From Vicugna vicugna (taxonomy: Eukaryota), in contig MU058824.1 in assembly GCA_013265495.1 (NCBI GenBank), positions 248,001-312,000 of the forward strand: 64,000 bases of DNA. Reading direction: 5' to 3'. The position numbers were made by a program, and so were the translations under genes. This document shows, piece by piece, positions 52,590 to 64,000 of this stretch. The notes under the pieces are model-generated. The model did not search any database, was not told where the DNA came from, and saw nothing but the letters and a program-made list of their open reading frames with translations. Every line of letters begins with the position of its first letter. Positions within the stretch are counted from its first letter, which is position 1.

Positions 52590-52810
52590 CCTCATACTTT
52601 GGTGAACTGGGATCTTCTGAGATCTTGTTAAAATCTAGATTCTGATTCACCAGGCCTGGGGTGTGGCTCAAGAGTCTGCATTTCTTTCTTTTTTTTTTCC
52701 TCTTTAAATTGGAGTAGAGTTGATTTATAGTTTTAAGATTCTGCATTTCTTACAAGCACTCAGGTCATACAGGTGTTCCCAGTCCTCTGACCACACCCTG
52801 AGTAGTAAGG
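52590..52810. mobile_element. MER5-family hAT MITE carrying a 49-nt insertion
   Basis: gatcttgttaaaatctagattctgattc...ggggtgtggctcaagagtctgcatttct...accacaccctgagtag. Confidence 0.7.
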
Positions 52811-54236
52811 CTTCAGAGAACAGGAAAGTCTTGTGTGGATTGTTAACTCTACCACTTTGGGTTGGGAAACTGAGTCTCCCCCATGACACCAGCTTTGTGG
52901 ACAGCCTCCCATGCTCATACACGCTTTTTTATAAGCAACCTGACCAGTTGCAGGGCTAAGATACCAGACATGAAGCAAGAGCTGAGGCAGAGACCCCAAG
53001 TCCCTGAAGAAGTCAAAGAATTCATATTTCCACAGACTGTGCAATTAAAAGCCAAGCTTATTTAGATCTCAAGGGACACGGAAGCCCCAGATGACAGATA
53101 CCTGAGTTATACTCTAAAGCCTTGTCAACTTATCTTCCCCTTTGGAAGGTCTCTTGTCCTGTGTGGTGAAGCCCCTGATCTGAGGTCCAAGCTTGCTTCT
53201 CTGATCGTCCTCCAGGGAGTCCATCCCAGAGAAAGAGGCCAGATGGGCTGTGCTGACTCCTGCCCAGCTCAAGTGTTTTCACCAGAGTCTGGTCTTGTGA
53301 TGTGCTTTGCCAACTGCGGACACTTGTGTGTGCTGATGCAACGACAAGTGAGCTGGACAGCTTGTCGTCATCAGTGCTGAGATTCATATGGATGCTAGCA
53401 GGTGCCATTTCAGTGTGCTCTGTCTGGGAGAAAGCTGCTTTTTGGAAGAAGGTAGAAGCATCTGGGTGGTGGAAGTGCTGCTAACTGATCTAACTGCCTT
53501 GCTCCCGGCAGGCAGAGGGAGTGATGCTCTTCGTACTGGCCCTGATAAGCCAAACCACTTTAAGAGAATATTGGTCCTCCAGACAGACACATGTGTGTGG
53601 TTGTCTGTCTTGGCATCTGCATGGATATCACTGCCATCGGGAGGGGCTTTGAGGTGATAACCTAGACTCTGTTATTCGAGCAGTCATTTACCTTTTCTTT
53701 AGGAAACCAAACAGCTTTCCTTTTCAACTCCGAGAGACCACTGTGCAATCAGCCTCTGGGCCAACCCTGTCCCTGCAGGCCCTTTTTGGGCCTCCACAAA
53801 GGCAGCCACAGGACAAACAGGGGATCTCAGTCTTTCAGAGTGATCAGATGTCCAGAAAGCAAGCGAGTTCTGCCTCCTGAAAAATTCTTGGAGGGGGAGG
53901 TTTGCAAGGGTTTTTTTTTTTTTTTTCATTTTGGTAGAGCTCAGTAAGCTGATTCGGGAGGAAGACTGTAATAGTGAGAATATATAATTACACCTCAGGT
54001 GATGAATAGAAGAAATTAATGTTTTTCTAAAAACTGATGCATTTCGCATTAAAAATAACTGCCAGGTGGCGCCCAGCCCACAACTGTGCAGTTCTCCAGA
54101 GCTGTGGTTCTTGATGTAAAGGAAGTGATCACTGAGGAAAAGGCAGTGAGATAAAAATGGGAAATTATGCATAACCCGCATCCTGTCTTATCTACGCTGC
54201 TGCCCTGAAACAGAAAGCAACAACCACCACCATGAC

Positions 54237-54295
54237 CACACACACACACACACACACACACACAGGATACTGCTCCTGAGAGGAGCACATGATCC

Positions 54296-54340
<45 letters not shown>
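54237..54340. repeat. (CA)14 and (TG)15 microsatellites in inverted arrangement
   Basis: CA run 54237-54264; TG run 54300-54329, followed by cgcgcgtgtgt. Confidence 0.95.
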
Positions 54341-55979
54341 TCCTGGGCAGAAAGATCCAGAACCACTGCTTCTAGTCTAAGAATTTGAAGGAAACCCAGT
54401 TTACTGAGGGCTCTGCTCTTATCTGGTAAATAAGGACACTGAGGCAGAGAGCTGAGTGACTTACCCCAGGCTACATGGTAAACTAGACACAAAGCTGAGC
54501 TGGACCTCAGCGGCTTTATTTCTTCCTGTAAAATTCATCTCTATGACAAAATTATTTTTCAAAATTTCACTCAATCTTCTTGCTTCATTTAAAAAATGAA
54601 TTGGGTCACAAGAAGAAAGTGGTAACATCACATCAAAGTAACCATTAACAGCATTTCAAGCTGGCTTCTAGTGTAGCTTTTATTCCTACACTCTAAGACT
54701 CAAGAAATGTCCTAAAATTTAAGTGTTTTCCTCCTAACTAATTTTTTACAGAATGTCAAAGATCTTTAATTTTCATAGTGGGCCATGCTATACATTTGAC
54801 CTATTTTTATAAAGTTTAGGAAACAGATACAAGAAGAAGAACCAATGTTATTCTGGTTTACACAAAAATTTAAAGAGAAAAAAAAATTCTGTCCATGACA
54901 TATCAAGTAACATTTTAGCATAAAATTTATTAAGGTGGCAGAATCTTAATACATAAAATAGTCTCACATTTTCCTCTCCTCTTTTTTTTTTTCTATTACA
55001 TTGAAGGAAATCATCCAGACAACAGCTTTTGTTGGGCTACCAATTAGTCTGGTGGGTATTGTCTTTTCTAGAGCAACTTTTGCAGCTCCCCAGAGGCTTA
55101 CAGTATAAGAAGGTGAGAACACCAACTGGGGATCAGATCTTTAACATCTGCCTCGGGTCCTGTGCAGCACAAGGTGAAGAGGATCTCCAAATGATGGGCT
55201 GAAGGCACGGGTGCTGTTCCACCCAGGGAGGAAAAGACCCAAGGCTGGTGCAAATCTCTGAAGGACAGTTGTGGGGCAAAGATATATCCTGGAGCCCTCC
55301 CAAACCAGATCTAAGACCCAAGGATGGGGACTTCTACAAATTAGTAGCCGAGATGTCAACTGTACAAAAAACGCCAATAAGAAACCAAGGGATCAAAAGA
55401 TTGATGTGCAGAGACCCAGATCAAGGGCAGTAACTTCAACAACTTGAATGTCCTACGGCTTCAGCGTCTCCTCACTGGATCTGTCCGATTGCACAATATG
55501 GCACAGACCTGCCTCTGGGCCTGGGAAGTTTTTTGAGTCCTGGGAGTCGATGGTTTTTTTTTTTCCCTACTCCATTATGTGGCTTCCACAGAGTGTTGTA
55601 TTTGTCCAGTTCTAACTAGAAGAAATGAATTCTATCAGACACTGCAGAAATTTAAAGCAGGCTCATTCCCATTCCATGAGTATTCAAGTTGCCAATTGCC
55701 TTGAATACAAGACTATGAGAGGTTTGAGAGATGTGATTAAAATGGTTTCCACAGAAAAGGGAAGTCAGGTTAGTGTGCCCTGCTGTTGTACCGATTTAAC
55801 CCGGCTTTGCCCCGATGCCATTCCTGTTCATGGTCCTGGTACAGGAATGGGGTAAACTAATTTTCTTAAGGACACCTTAGAGAGGAACTGGTCCAGCCCT
55901 TCCATTTGAAAAAGAGGGAAACTAAGGCCCAGAATGATGACTGACTCACGTAAGGTCTTAGACCCACTGTAGGAGTAGT

Positions 55980-56290
55980 TATTGAACATTTATTATTAAA
56001 TTCTTATGACATATCAAGGACTCTAAGGCGCTAGAAGTATGGAGGTACATAATACAATCCCTGCTCTCAAGGAATTGACAATCTCCTGGGGAATCAGATC
56101 CACACACTCCTGCAGAGAGTGAGTTCTAGATGTGATGCTGCTGGAACAGAGGTATCTTCGCAGAGCTATGGGAGGAAGTGGGAGACTAAACTGGAAGAGG
56201 AAAAAATGGCTACATAGAAATGATGCCAAAATGAGAAAAGAGGGAAGTGAAAGAAGGGTATTTAAGGCAGACGGGAGAACATAGTTCTCA
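55980..56290 (-). mobile_element. L2 fragment
   Basis: aacatttatt...atccctgctctcaaggaattgacaatct motif; purine-rich + strand. Confidence 0.5.
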
Positions 56291-59200
56291 CAGAATCTTT
56301 GACGTGGAAGAGATCTGAGAGACCAGCTCTTCACATAATTTAAAAAATTCCTTCTATATTATCCTGGAGAGATGATAATTCAATTTCTGCTGGAACATTT
56401 CCAGTGAGAGGAAACTGATTACCTTACAGGAGAGAAAAGGTCTAGCTCTAACCTTTTCAGCTGGTATTGCATGGTGCTTGGGGTGGGGGGCCTGTCAGAT
56501 TCTATCTCTTCATTGTCACTGAATAATAGGCTTAGTAATAGTTGGTCTTTGACTTCCTCTCAAGGGAATAAGAAAATGTCATGCATTTTAGGACCTCTGA
56601 CTTACAGAATGTGAGGGCTGGGAGGAACCTCATATCATTTAATCCAATTTTTAAAATCTTTCTATGACTCATGGACCCTCTTGGAGAAGGTGATAAAAAT
56701 CTATAGATCCTCTCCTCCCCCTAATGCATATATGCTCATGACACACACAATAGTGCCTACAGTTTCAGGGCATTCACGGAGCCCCAGAGCCCATCCTGGA
56801 TTAAGAAACTTTTTCATTCTACTGATGAGAAACTGAGGTTCAGAAAAGTGGAATGACATGGAAGAGAATCGTGGAAGTGATTCCCCATGGATCAGATCTC
56901 CACATGAGCAGAAGACTCAGACCTCTGGGTCAACCCTGAAGAAAGGCATTGACAAACAGGGTATTCGGGGAACAGCTGTCAGAGGATCTATTATAAGGTG
57001 AAAAGGAGAGCTGAGGTAGGAGTACGAGTGTCACGTGCCCTTTCTTTAATTGTCTGAAAGTTGATTTATGGAAAAGGACTGAGACTTCTCTCTTTTGCTT
57101 CAAGGGGTAGCTCAAGACCAAAAGGTAGAAAAGAACTTCTGCCAGACAGAACTGTCCACTAATGAAGTGTGGTGCTTGACAGGCACAGAATTCCTTGTCA
57201 CCTGACCTTCTGAGGACACAGAACAACCTCCTGTGGAAGGGACTTCAGCATCACAAGTTTGAACTGGGCCACCCAAACTGGACTTGATTATGTAACTCTA
57301 AGAGACACACTCAGTCCCATACACTCACCAGAAAGAAGCTTAGGTCTCCTGAGAGCGTGGTGTGTAAGGAAGGTGGTAAGTGAGGGAGTGAAGAAAGTTC
57401 AGGATGGCTAAGACCTCGAGTGTGAGGGGTGAGAGGGTGGTACTGGTGCAGAGAAATGAGACTTGGAGATAGAAGGGCAAGTAAAACGTGGAAGCATCAT
57501 GGATGGCATTCAAGAATGACAGCCTGTACAGAGGAGTGGGACAGAAGAATAGAAGCAAAAGGACACTTCAGAAGAGGTATCAGCAGATCAGTGGTGGCAA
57601 CACTGGCAGGGAACTCAGGAGGTGAGACGAGAGACAGGTTGTGATGATGAGTTGTAGGTTTCACTTAGTGAGACTGAAGTGACAGTGACAACAGGACATG
57701 CAGTGGAAATGTCCAATGATCTGACATGTTGGCAGGTAACAAAAGGACAGCAAAGTGGAAATGCCCAGCAGGTCATGGATGATTTGGGATTAAAGTTCCA
57801 GGAGGTCAAGATGTGAGAGAAGTGGAGGGGTTATCTACAGAGATGAAGTAATTTAAGTTTTAAGAGTAGATATATTTTCAAGGAAAAAAGCAGAGCATGA
57901 ATAGAAGTCTAAGGAGTTAGTCTGCAGGGCTGACCTCAGTGTGGAGACGGTATAGTTAAAAAGTTTTGAGAAGTAAGAGTTCAGGGAGTTAGAGAAGACT
58001 TGAGATTAGAGAGTGAAATAGAAACCTGGCAAAAAGGAAGCTTCAAGGAAGAAGAGTGATCAACATAAATACAGTCTTATTTTAGTGTGCATTCAACTCT
58101 GTGCTTTGGCAGGTAAATTACAGCAATGTTCATTCTGGCAACAACACAGGAGGTGCGGTATGAGTTATAAAGTGCTTTTAAATGGATTATAGGTATTTCC
58201 TAAATAGTATTTTCTCAAAAAAAAGCCTTAGAAAATATGACTAAAACTCTCTCTCCCAATTCCTCTATCGGCAAAATAGAATTCACTTTACGTTTAATCA
58301 GTTCCTTTCACATCCTTACTTTAAGGAAGGCGATTTCCACCATCCTAACGTGAGAGACGGGGAAAGGTTTCTCTCCTTCCCTCCTTTTGGGGGACGTACC
58401 AAGCCAGTCCCATCACCTTTGTGGAGTCCCACCTCATATTCAGGCAGGTGGGATATGACTTCACATTCTGAAAACAGACTCTCACACATTAAACTGGAGT
58501 TTACAGAAACTTCAGTAGTTGGAAATACAATATTCCTTCCCTGGCAGAGAATACTTACTTGCAACTCAGGATAACTTGTCACATGTATTACCTACTTACA
58601 AGTGTCACTCACATGTAGAGAAATTTTATGAGAAGGCTGCAAAAAGAGGTATGTAGTGGCTTTTAGGTTAATACTGGACCCTCTGGTAATAGAGAAGAGA
58701 AGAGAGCCTCATTTAGAGAACAGCACAAAATAATACTCCCTGGGATGCCACCTACTTCGGTAACTTCAGAGTCAGAAAATGATGTGTTTCTGTCATCTTG
58801 TTTACTGAAGGCTGACGTGATGGTTAGCATTCCTGTTCATAGTGGTATTTAACTTCCCACTGACATGGTTTATCCTGCCTTTTATTATTATTTTTGACCA
58901 TTATTTATTACACTTATGCTTCCCCCTTGTGGGCAAGATACGGTAGGATTCAGGAGTTGGAAGGACTCAAGATTTGGAAACATTCAAGATACAGCCAGGA
59001 AGTTATCCCTCAAGAATCTGCCTGTCATCCGCATCTTTATCATTAGAGGTTTTGGTATTCTAGCTGCCAACACAATACTCTCTTGCTATTTAAAATACTC
59101 AACACAAGTATCACAGAAAAGGCAAACCAAAGCGTGATCTGAAATCAATCACTTACAGTCAAATAACCACGATGTATAGTAGGCACAAGACTATTCTGCA

Positions 59201-59799
59201 CATTATGTATCACTATCCAAAGAAGTGTGAGGTCCTCGAAGCAAATACTTTGCTTTTAGTCACTATTTTCTCCTTAGGCTCAAGGCAAGAGTTTTGTATG
59301 TGCAGTAAGAATTCAATCACTATTTCTTGAATAAATTACATAACTTAGTGCCCATTTGTTAGGGAGTATCTGGGGGAGAGCAAGTTGTTTATACAAGTTG
59401 GTTGCTTTAATCAAATCAAAACTAGACTTAGATTAGTCTAGTGAAAGCAGGAGAGATGTTGGTGTAAGTTTCTTTTGGAAAAACAGGAAAGGTAAGAGGA
59501 CCAGTCATCCCTTCGTAGCCTCCTGTGGGTAACACTCCCACCCCTAACTGCTTGCCATGGGTGGGTGTGGCAGTGGCTTGTCCCTGGGTTGGAACATCCA
59601 GGACTAAACAGAGGAACACCCACCAAGGAGAGCTCACAACCGTATCCTTCGTGGTAGCCTCAGTCCTCTGAAGGACTGGTGAGCAGAGGTGGGAAGGTGC
59701 CATGGGTACGGGGACCACTTTTATTTTCAGACTCTCCCACACCGCCCTTCCGTGCTGACTCTGAGCTGTGTGGACACCGTCTCTAGAGCTCACACTTAC

Positions 59800-60012
59800 T
59801 TGGCAGCAGCATCCTTTCTCAGCTGTTCATGCTTCATGAGGAGATTTTTCCGGTCCCGGAAAGCTTTTCTGACCTTGTACCCTTTGTAGACAGCTTGGAT
59901 TTTGAAGGCAGCGATGTCCTGTATGGCTGCAATGGACAGGGCACCGTGTTCCAACATGAACTGGATCACTTCATGGCGCTCACCAAGCAAAGCGTAATCA
60001 AGCGGGGTGTAC
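59800..60012 (-). CDS. INVS: INVS coding exon (probably exon 12), 213 nt; last ankyrin repeat and first IQ motif
   Basis: On -: gcttcag|G TAC ACC...GCC AA|gtaagt; YTPLDYALLGERHEVIQFMLEHGALSIAAIQDIAAFKIQAVYKGYKVRKAFRDRKNLLMKHEQLRKDAAAK. Confidence 0.95.
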
Positions 60013-62575
60013 CTGAAGCAGGGAGATTTTTTTTAAGTGTTGGAAGGTTATTCAAGGCACAGTTAAACTGGCACGATCATGCAACAGAAGGAAACCTCAT
60101 TCTAAGATGTGCAATATTCCTCAGGCAAAGCTGCCTTCCGTACTGCTGTTCCTTTTCTCTCTGAGGGGTACAGAACAAGAGGGAAGCTGGGGTCAGGCGC
60201 TTTGTGCTGCTGACCATATCGATTCCTGAGTTTTGCTCGTTGGTTCACAAACTGGGGGCTATGAGAACACACAATTATTTTTCTTCTTCCTCGTGTTCCA
60301 AGTAATTCCTTGCTCCTATCTTAAAAGGTACTACAAATAATACTCTGTGAGATTCTAAGTCTGAGCCCATGATCACTGACAGTTAATGCTTATAAAATGA
60401 AAAATGTACCTCTGAATGGAGAGATTTAGGGTGTGATAAGGACGGCCCTTTAAATCAGTGAAGAAAGGACAGATTATTAAATAGTGTTGGGACAACTGGG
60501 TAGCCATCTAGGAAAAAAAAAAGATTCTTATATCACATTTTACTCTAAGATAAATCCTAGATGAAACAAAATCTAAATTTTTTTTGAAAAAAGGAAGCCA
60601 TGGAAGTACTAGAAGAATTTATGGAAGACTGAAAAAACCGCCAATAACAGAGATAAAAGATAGTTCACCAAACAGGAAATACTAATGGCTCCTGATTCTT
60701 TCCTCAGTTGGTTGAAAACAATCAATTCCATCCACAGAGGACAGGCCATCCATGTCCTCAAGTCACCTGTATAATACAGCCATTACTGTGGTATATGAAC
60801 AAATACAGAACAATTTCCAGGACGACTTGTTAAGTGAAGGAAAAGAGAAAAAAGTAAGCAACAGAAAAGCATTAAGGGGTGCTCCATTTGTATGAAAATA
60901 GATTATATCCCTGTGTGCTTATCTGTGTAAAATACATCTTTCGAAGTTTCCCAAGAAACTGGTGATGGTGATGCCTCTGGGGAGGAAGCCAGTTGTCTCA
61001 GAGGAAGAAGGTAGGACGTATCACTTTAGTTTTACTGAACGCCTGTCTACGCATTTCAGTTTTGTACACTGTGTGTGCCTTTTTGATAAATAGATTATTT
61101 TAGAAAAAATGGGTATTATTGTCACATAGATTATATATTTGAATCCCACTGACTACTTTCTAGATGTGTGATTTTAGGCAGATTCCTTTTAAAAAATGTA
61201 CTTTTTCTATTTTTGGAAATCTAAAACAAATTGGATAAATACACAGAAGAAAATAACAGTCATCTACACTCCCACTCTCAGAATTAACCACTGCTAAATA
61301 TGCTTTCTTTTTTTTAATAGAAAAAGATTATTTTGTAAAAATGACACTTGTTTAAGAAATCAAACAATGAAAAAAGTACAAAATTTAAGTAACCCCCCGG
61401 CCCACAAATTCTAGCATCCACCAATGGTAACGGTAACTGTCACTTCCTAACCAAATTACTTGTGTTTCTAAGCCCCACCTTTCCTCATCATGGACTTGGC
61501 ATGAGGAGAGAATGAAGCAATAAATGTGAAGAAGACCGCAGTGTGCCCGGGAAGAAGGAAGCGGTTAATAAATGTCAGCAGTGACTATCATTATTCCAGG
61601 ACCTACACGGCAGCACGGCGGTTGATTCCACAGTTGCTTATCAGGAATGTTATTTCCAAAGGACCCAAACTAGTATTTATGACCCCTGGCCCCATCCTTC
61701 CTGGGTGACTGTTACTGAGCCAGAGCAGTCAGAAGTGCTGGGAGGAATGAATCAACTGATATATGAGGCAGAAAAATGGTGATTATATGGATGCATGCAT
61801 GATTAGACACAGAAAATCATCCAATGATTACAGAAAAGAAATTATCTCTTTTTAAAACTCACCTAATAGTCACAGTAAGACATAAAAGGAAGAGCTTTTC
61901 AGTATAGGCAAATGGTGTTTTGGTCACTTCAGTAAGGAAACTCTGAATTCAGAACGAAGTCCCAAAAGCTAAAATTAAGGAACCCTCATTTTAGGACAGC
62001 TCAATCTGCCACTAGTGTTAGGGACCAGAAGGCCATAAGGTAGGTAAGGTCTTTATAAACTTTAAAACAGTATTTAAATATAAATAGCATGTTGTAAATT
62101 CAAGAAGAACTTTTACAAATTTCACTATATATTCTAAAATGCCTTTCATGACTGCTTTCTCCAATAGAAAAAAATCTTCTGTGCCACAGAACCACACAAC
62201 AGTAGAGATGAACTGAATCTGAGGTTTAGTTTAACACCTTCATTTCATAAATGAATACAGACCCAGAAAGATAAGTAACTTGCTGAAGGTTATATAACTT
62301 CCAGAATCTAGACTGAAACTAAGATCACATGACTCTCTCTTCAGTAATCCTTCCATAATTCATCTCTCAATTATTGAACATGTATGTCTCGTATAGAATG
62401 AAACTGCTTCTAAATCAACATGCAAATAACATGTATTTTTAGCAAGCTTGATCATTTTTTCTATAATTATTAATATGTCATATCTTTCACTTAATATATA
62501 AGCAGGATTATCAAACTATGATTTATGAAAGTGTGGCCCAAATTACGCCTTTACTTACAAATAGGATAAAGAGAT

Positions 62576-62715
62576 GGGGGAGGGTATAGCTCAGTGGTAG
62601 AGTGCCTGCCTAGCATGTACAAGGTCCTGGGTTCAATCCCCAGTATCTACATTAAAAAAGATAAATAAATTAAAGAACTTAATTACATCCTCACCACTAC
62701 CCCCAATTTTTTTTA
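62576..62715 (+). mobile_element. tRNA-derived SINE, Vic-1-like
   Basis: gggggagggtatagctcagtggtagagtgcctgcctagcatgtacaaggtcctgggttcaatccccagta (A and B boxes) followed by an AT-rich tail. Confidence 0.85.
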
Positions 62716-62789
62716 AATTTTATATATTAAATTTAAAAAATTTTTTAAGAAGTAGGACAAAAATAAATAGCATGAGCTATTTATTTTAT

Positions 62790-62900
62790 TTAGAATGCTG
62801 AGCTGGGAATCAGAAGACCTGTGTGACCCTGGGCATTCTCTTCACTTCTCTGAGATTCTGTTTCCTCATCTGTAAAAGGTGAAAGGAAGGAGAGGAGAAC
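62790..62900 (+). mobile_element. MIR SINE fragment
   Basis: gggaatcagaagacctgtgtgaccctgggca...cttcacttctctgag...tgtttcctcatctgtaaaa. Confidence 0.7.
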
Positions 62901-62949
62901 TAGATCTCTCAGGCTGCTTGTGGATGGGAAATTGCATTTCAAGTATTTT

Positions 62950-63310
62950 AAATATTTTTATTATGAGAAACTTCAAGCACACACAAAAGCAGAGAGAACA
63001 GCATCATAACACTTTATATACTCATTACCCAAATTTAATAATTAGCAAAACTTTTGCCACACTTCCTTCATCCACCCCCTCCCTTTTTACTTTTGCTGAA
63101 GTATTTTAAAGCAGAATCCCGGAACCCCTATCATTTACTCTCTCTGCATTTTAGATTCATCTATAAATAATGTGACATAACCACAATGTCACTGTATTAA
63201 CAAAATTAATGGGAATTCCTTAGTAAGATCTAATGACCACTCTAAATACAAATTTTTCCCAATTTTCTCAAAAATGTCTTTTTTTTTAAACAATTGGTTT
63301 ATTCAAATTA
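62950..63310 (-). mobile_element. Old L1 (L1MC-like) 3' end
   Basis: ttttattatgagaaacttcaagcacacacaaaagcagagagaa...gtattttaaagcagaatccc. Confidence 0.6.
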
Positions 63311-64000
63311 CAATTGTGGATTTGAACTGGGAGACACAATCCAAATACCTAGCAAGGTTTTAAGACTGAAGTCTGACACACCTCAGGTTTAAGCAACTGA
63401 CCATGCTGTGATTATTACTACCGAATCTTTCTTCACCCCAAATTCGATTCAAGTGCTGTGAATATTCCCATCAATGTCAGAGTGTGGCTGTCAGTTAGTT
63501 ATTGACTGAAAGCCAGCAGTAGTTGGCAAAAATTATGTCCATACAGTGCACATCAAGTGGTTTGTGTCAACGCATGAGAAGTAAAAATTAGCGCTACATT
63601 GATGGTAACCAGTCAAGAAACAATGTAGATAAAGACAAGAGATAAGAGACAAGTGCACCTGCCACGTGGGAATGGTCTGATGGAATGAGGAGAATGCCTA
63701 AACTGGAATGTCAATAAGCATACAAGGCAGTGCCAAGTCCTGACACTTGTACATCAGGCACATTGCTGATGGAACATTAAAGGAGACTGGAATATTATCA
63801 CAGTCTCTTTTCATCGGCAGACCAGCAAGTGCAGGTAGGAGGCTTTTTCCTTAGGTCTTTCGGTCTGTAGTAAATATATGTTTACTCCAGGAGGCAGTAA
63901 ACACCTTAATTTATACGCTTACTCAGGTAGGTCTGAAGTTCAAAGCTTAGTATATAAATGGGAATTGAATTACAAAAAAAATTTTTAATTTTTTCCTAAA

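Noticed and set aside
58918..58935. CTCF-like motif on - (CCACAAGGGGGAAG)
   Set aside because: Mismatch at the highly constrained GGC position; too weak to support without data.
62576..62650. tRNA gene
   Set aside because: It has A and B boxes but no convincing acceptor stem, is followed by an AT-rich tail, and has divergent copies elsewhere, one with a TSD; it is a SINE.
1..64000. A novel multi-gene, CRISPR-like or defence-type system
   Set aside because: All convincing coding signal is explained by TEX10, INVS and transposon remnants. There is no regular repeat-spacer array, operon-like structure or long unexplained ORF.

Overview
Mammalian genomic DNA, most likely camelid judging from three Vic-1-like tRNA-derived SINEs and the absence of recognisable Alu, B1, Bov-tA, PRE or SINEC elements. 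The window holds the convergent 3' ends of two spliced genes. TEX10 is on +, with its last 10 coding exons at 4024-29802 (1540 nt, frame continuous across GT-AG junctions). INVS/inversin is on -, with its last 6 coding exons at 60012-31474 (1669 nt). The introns are full of old and young mobile elements (L1, MIR, L2, Tigger, Charlie/MER, MLT2, MER21), several of them nested or with intact target-site duplications. I see no evidence for a new multi-gene system. The most interesting signals are: an in-frame 510-nt exitron inside the large INVS exon; poly(A) signals implying tail-to-tail overlap of the TEX10 and INVS 3' UTRs; a C-terminal extension of INVS; an intronic CpG-rich island; a (CA)n/(TG)n fold-back with a self-complementary spacer; and candidate CTCF and RFX sites. 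Gene and repeat-family names come from recognising sequence by eye, not from searches. Repeat boundaries are approximate unless a TSD is given.
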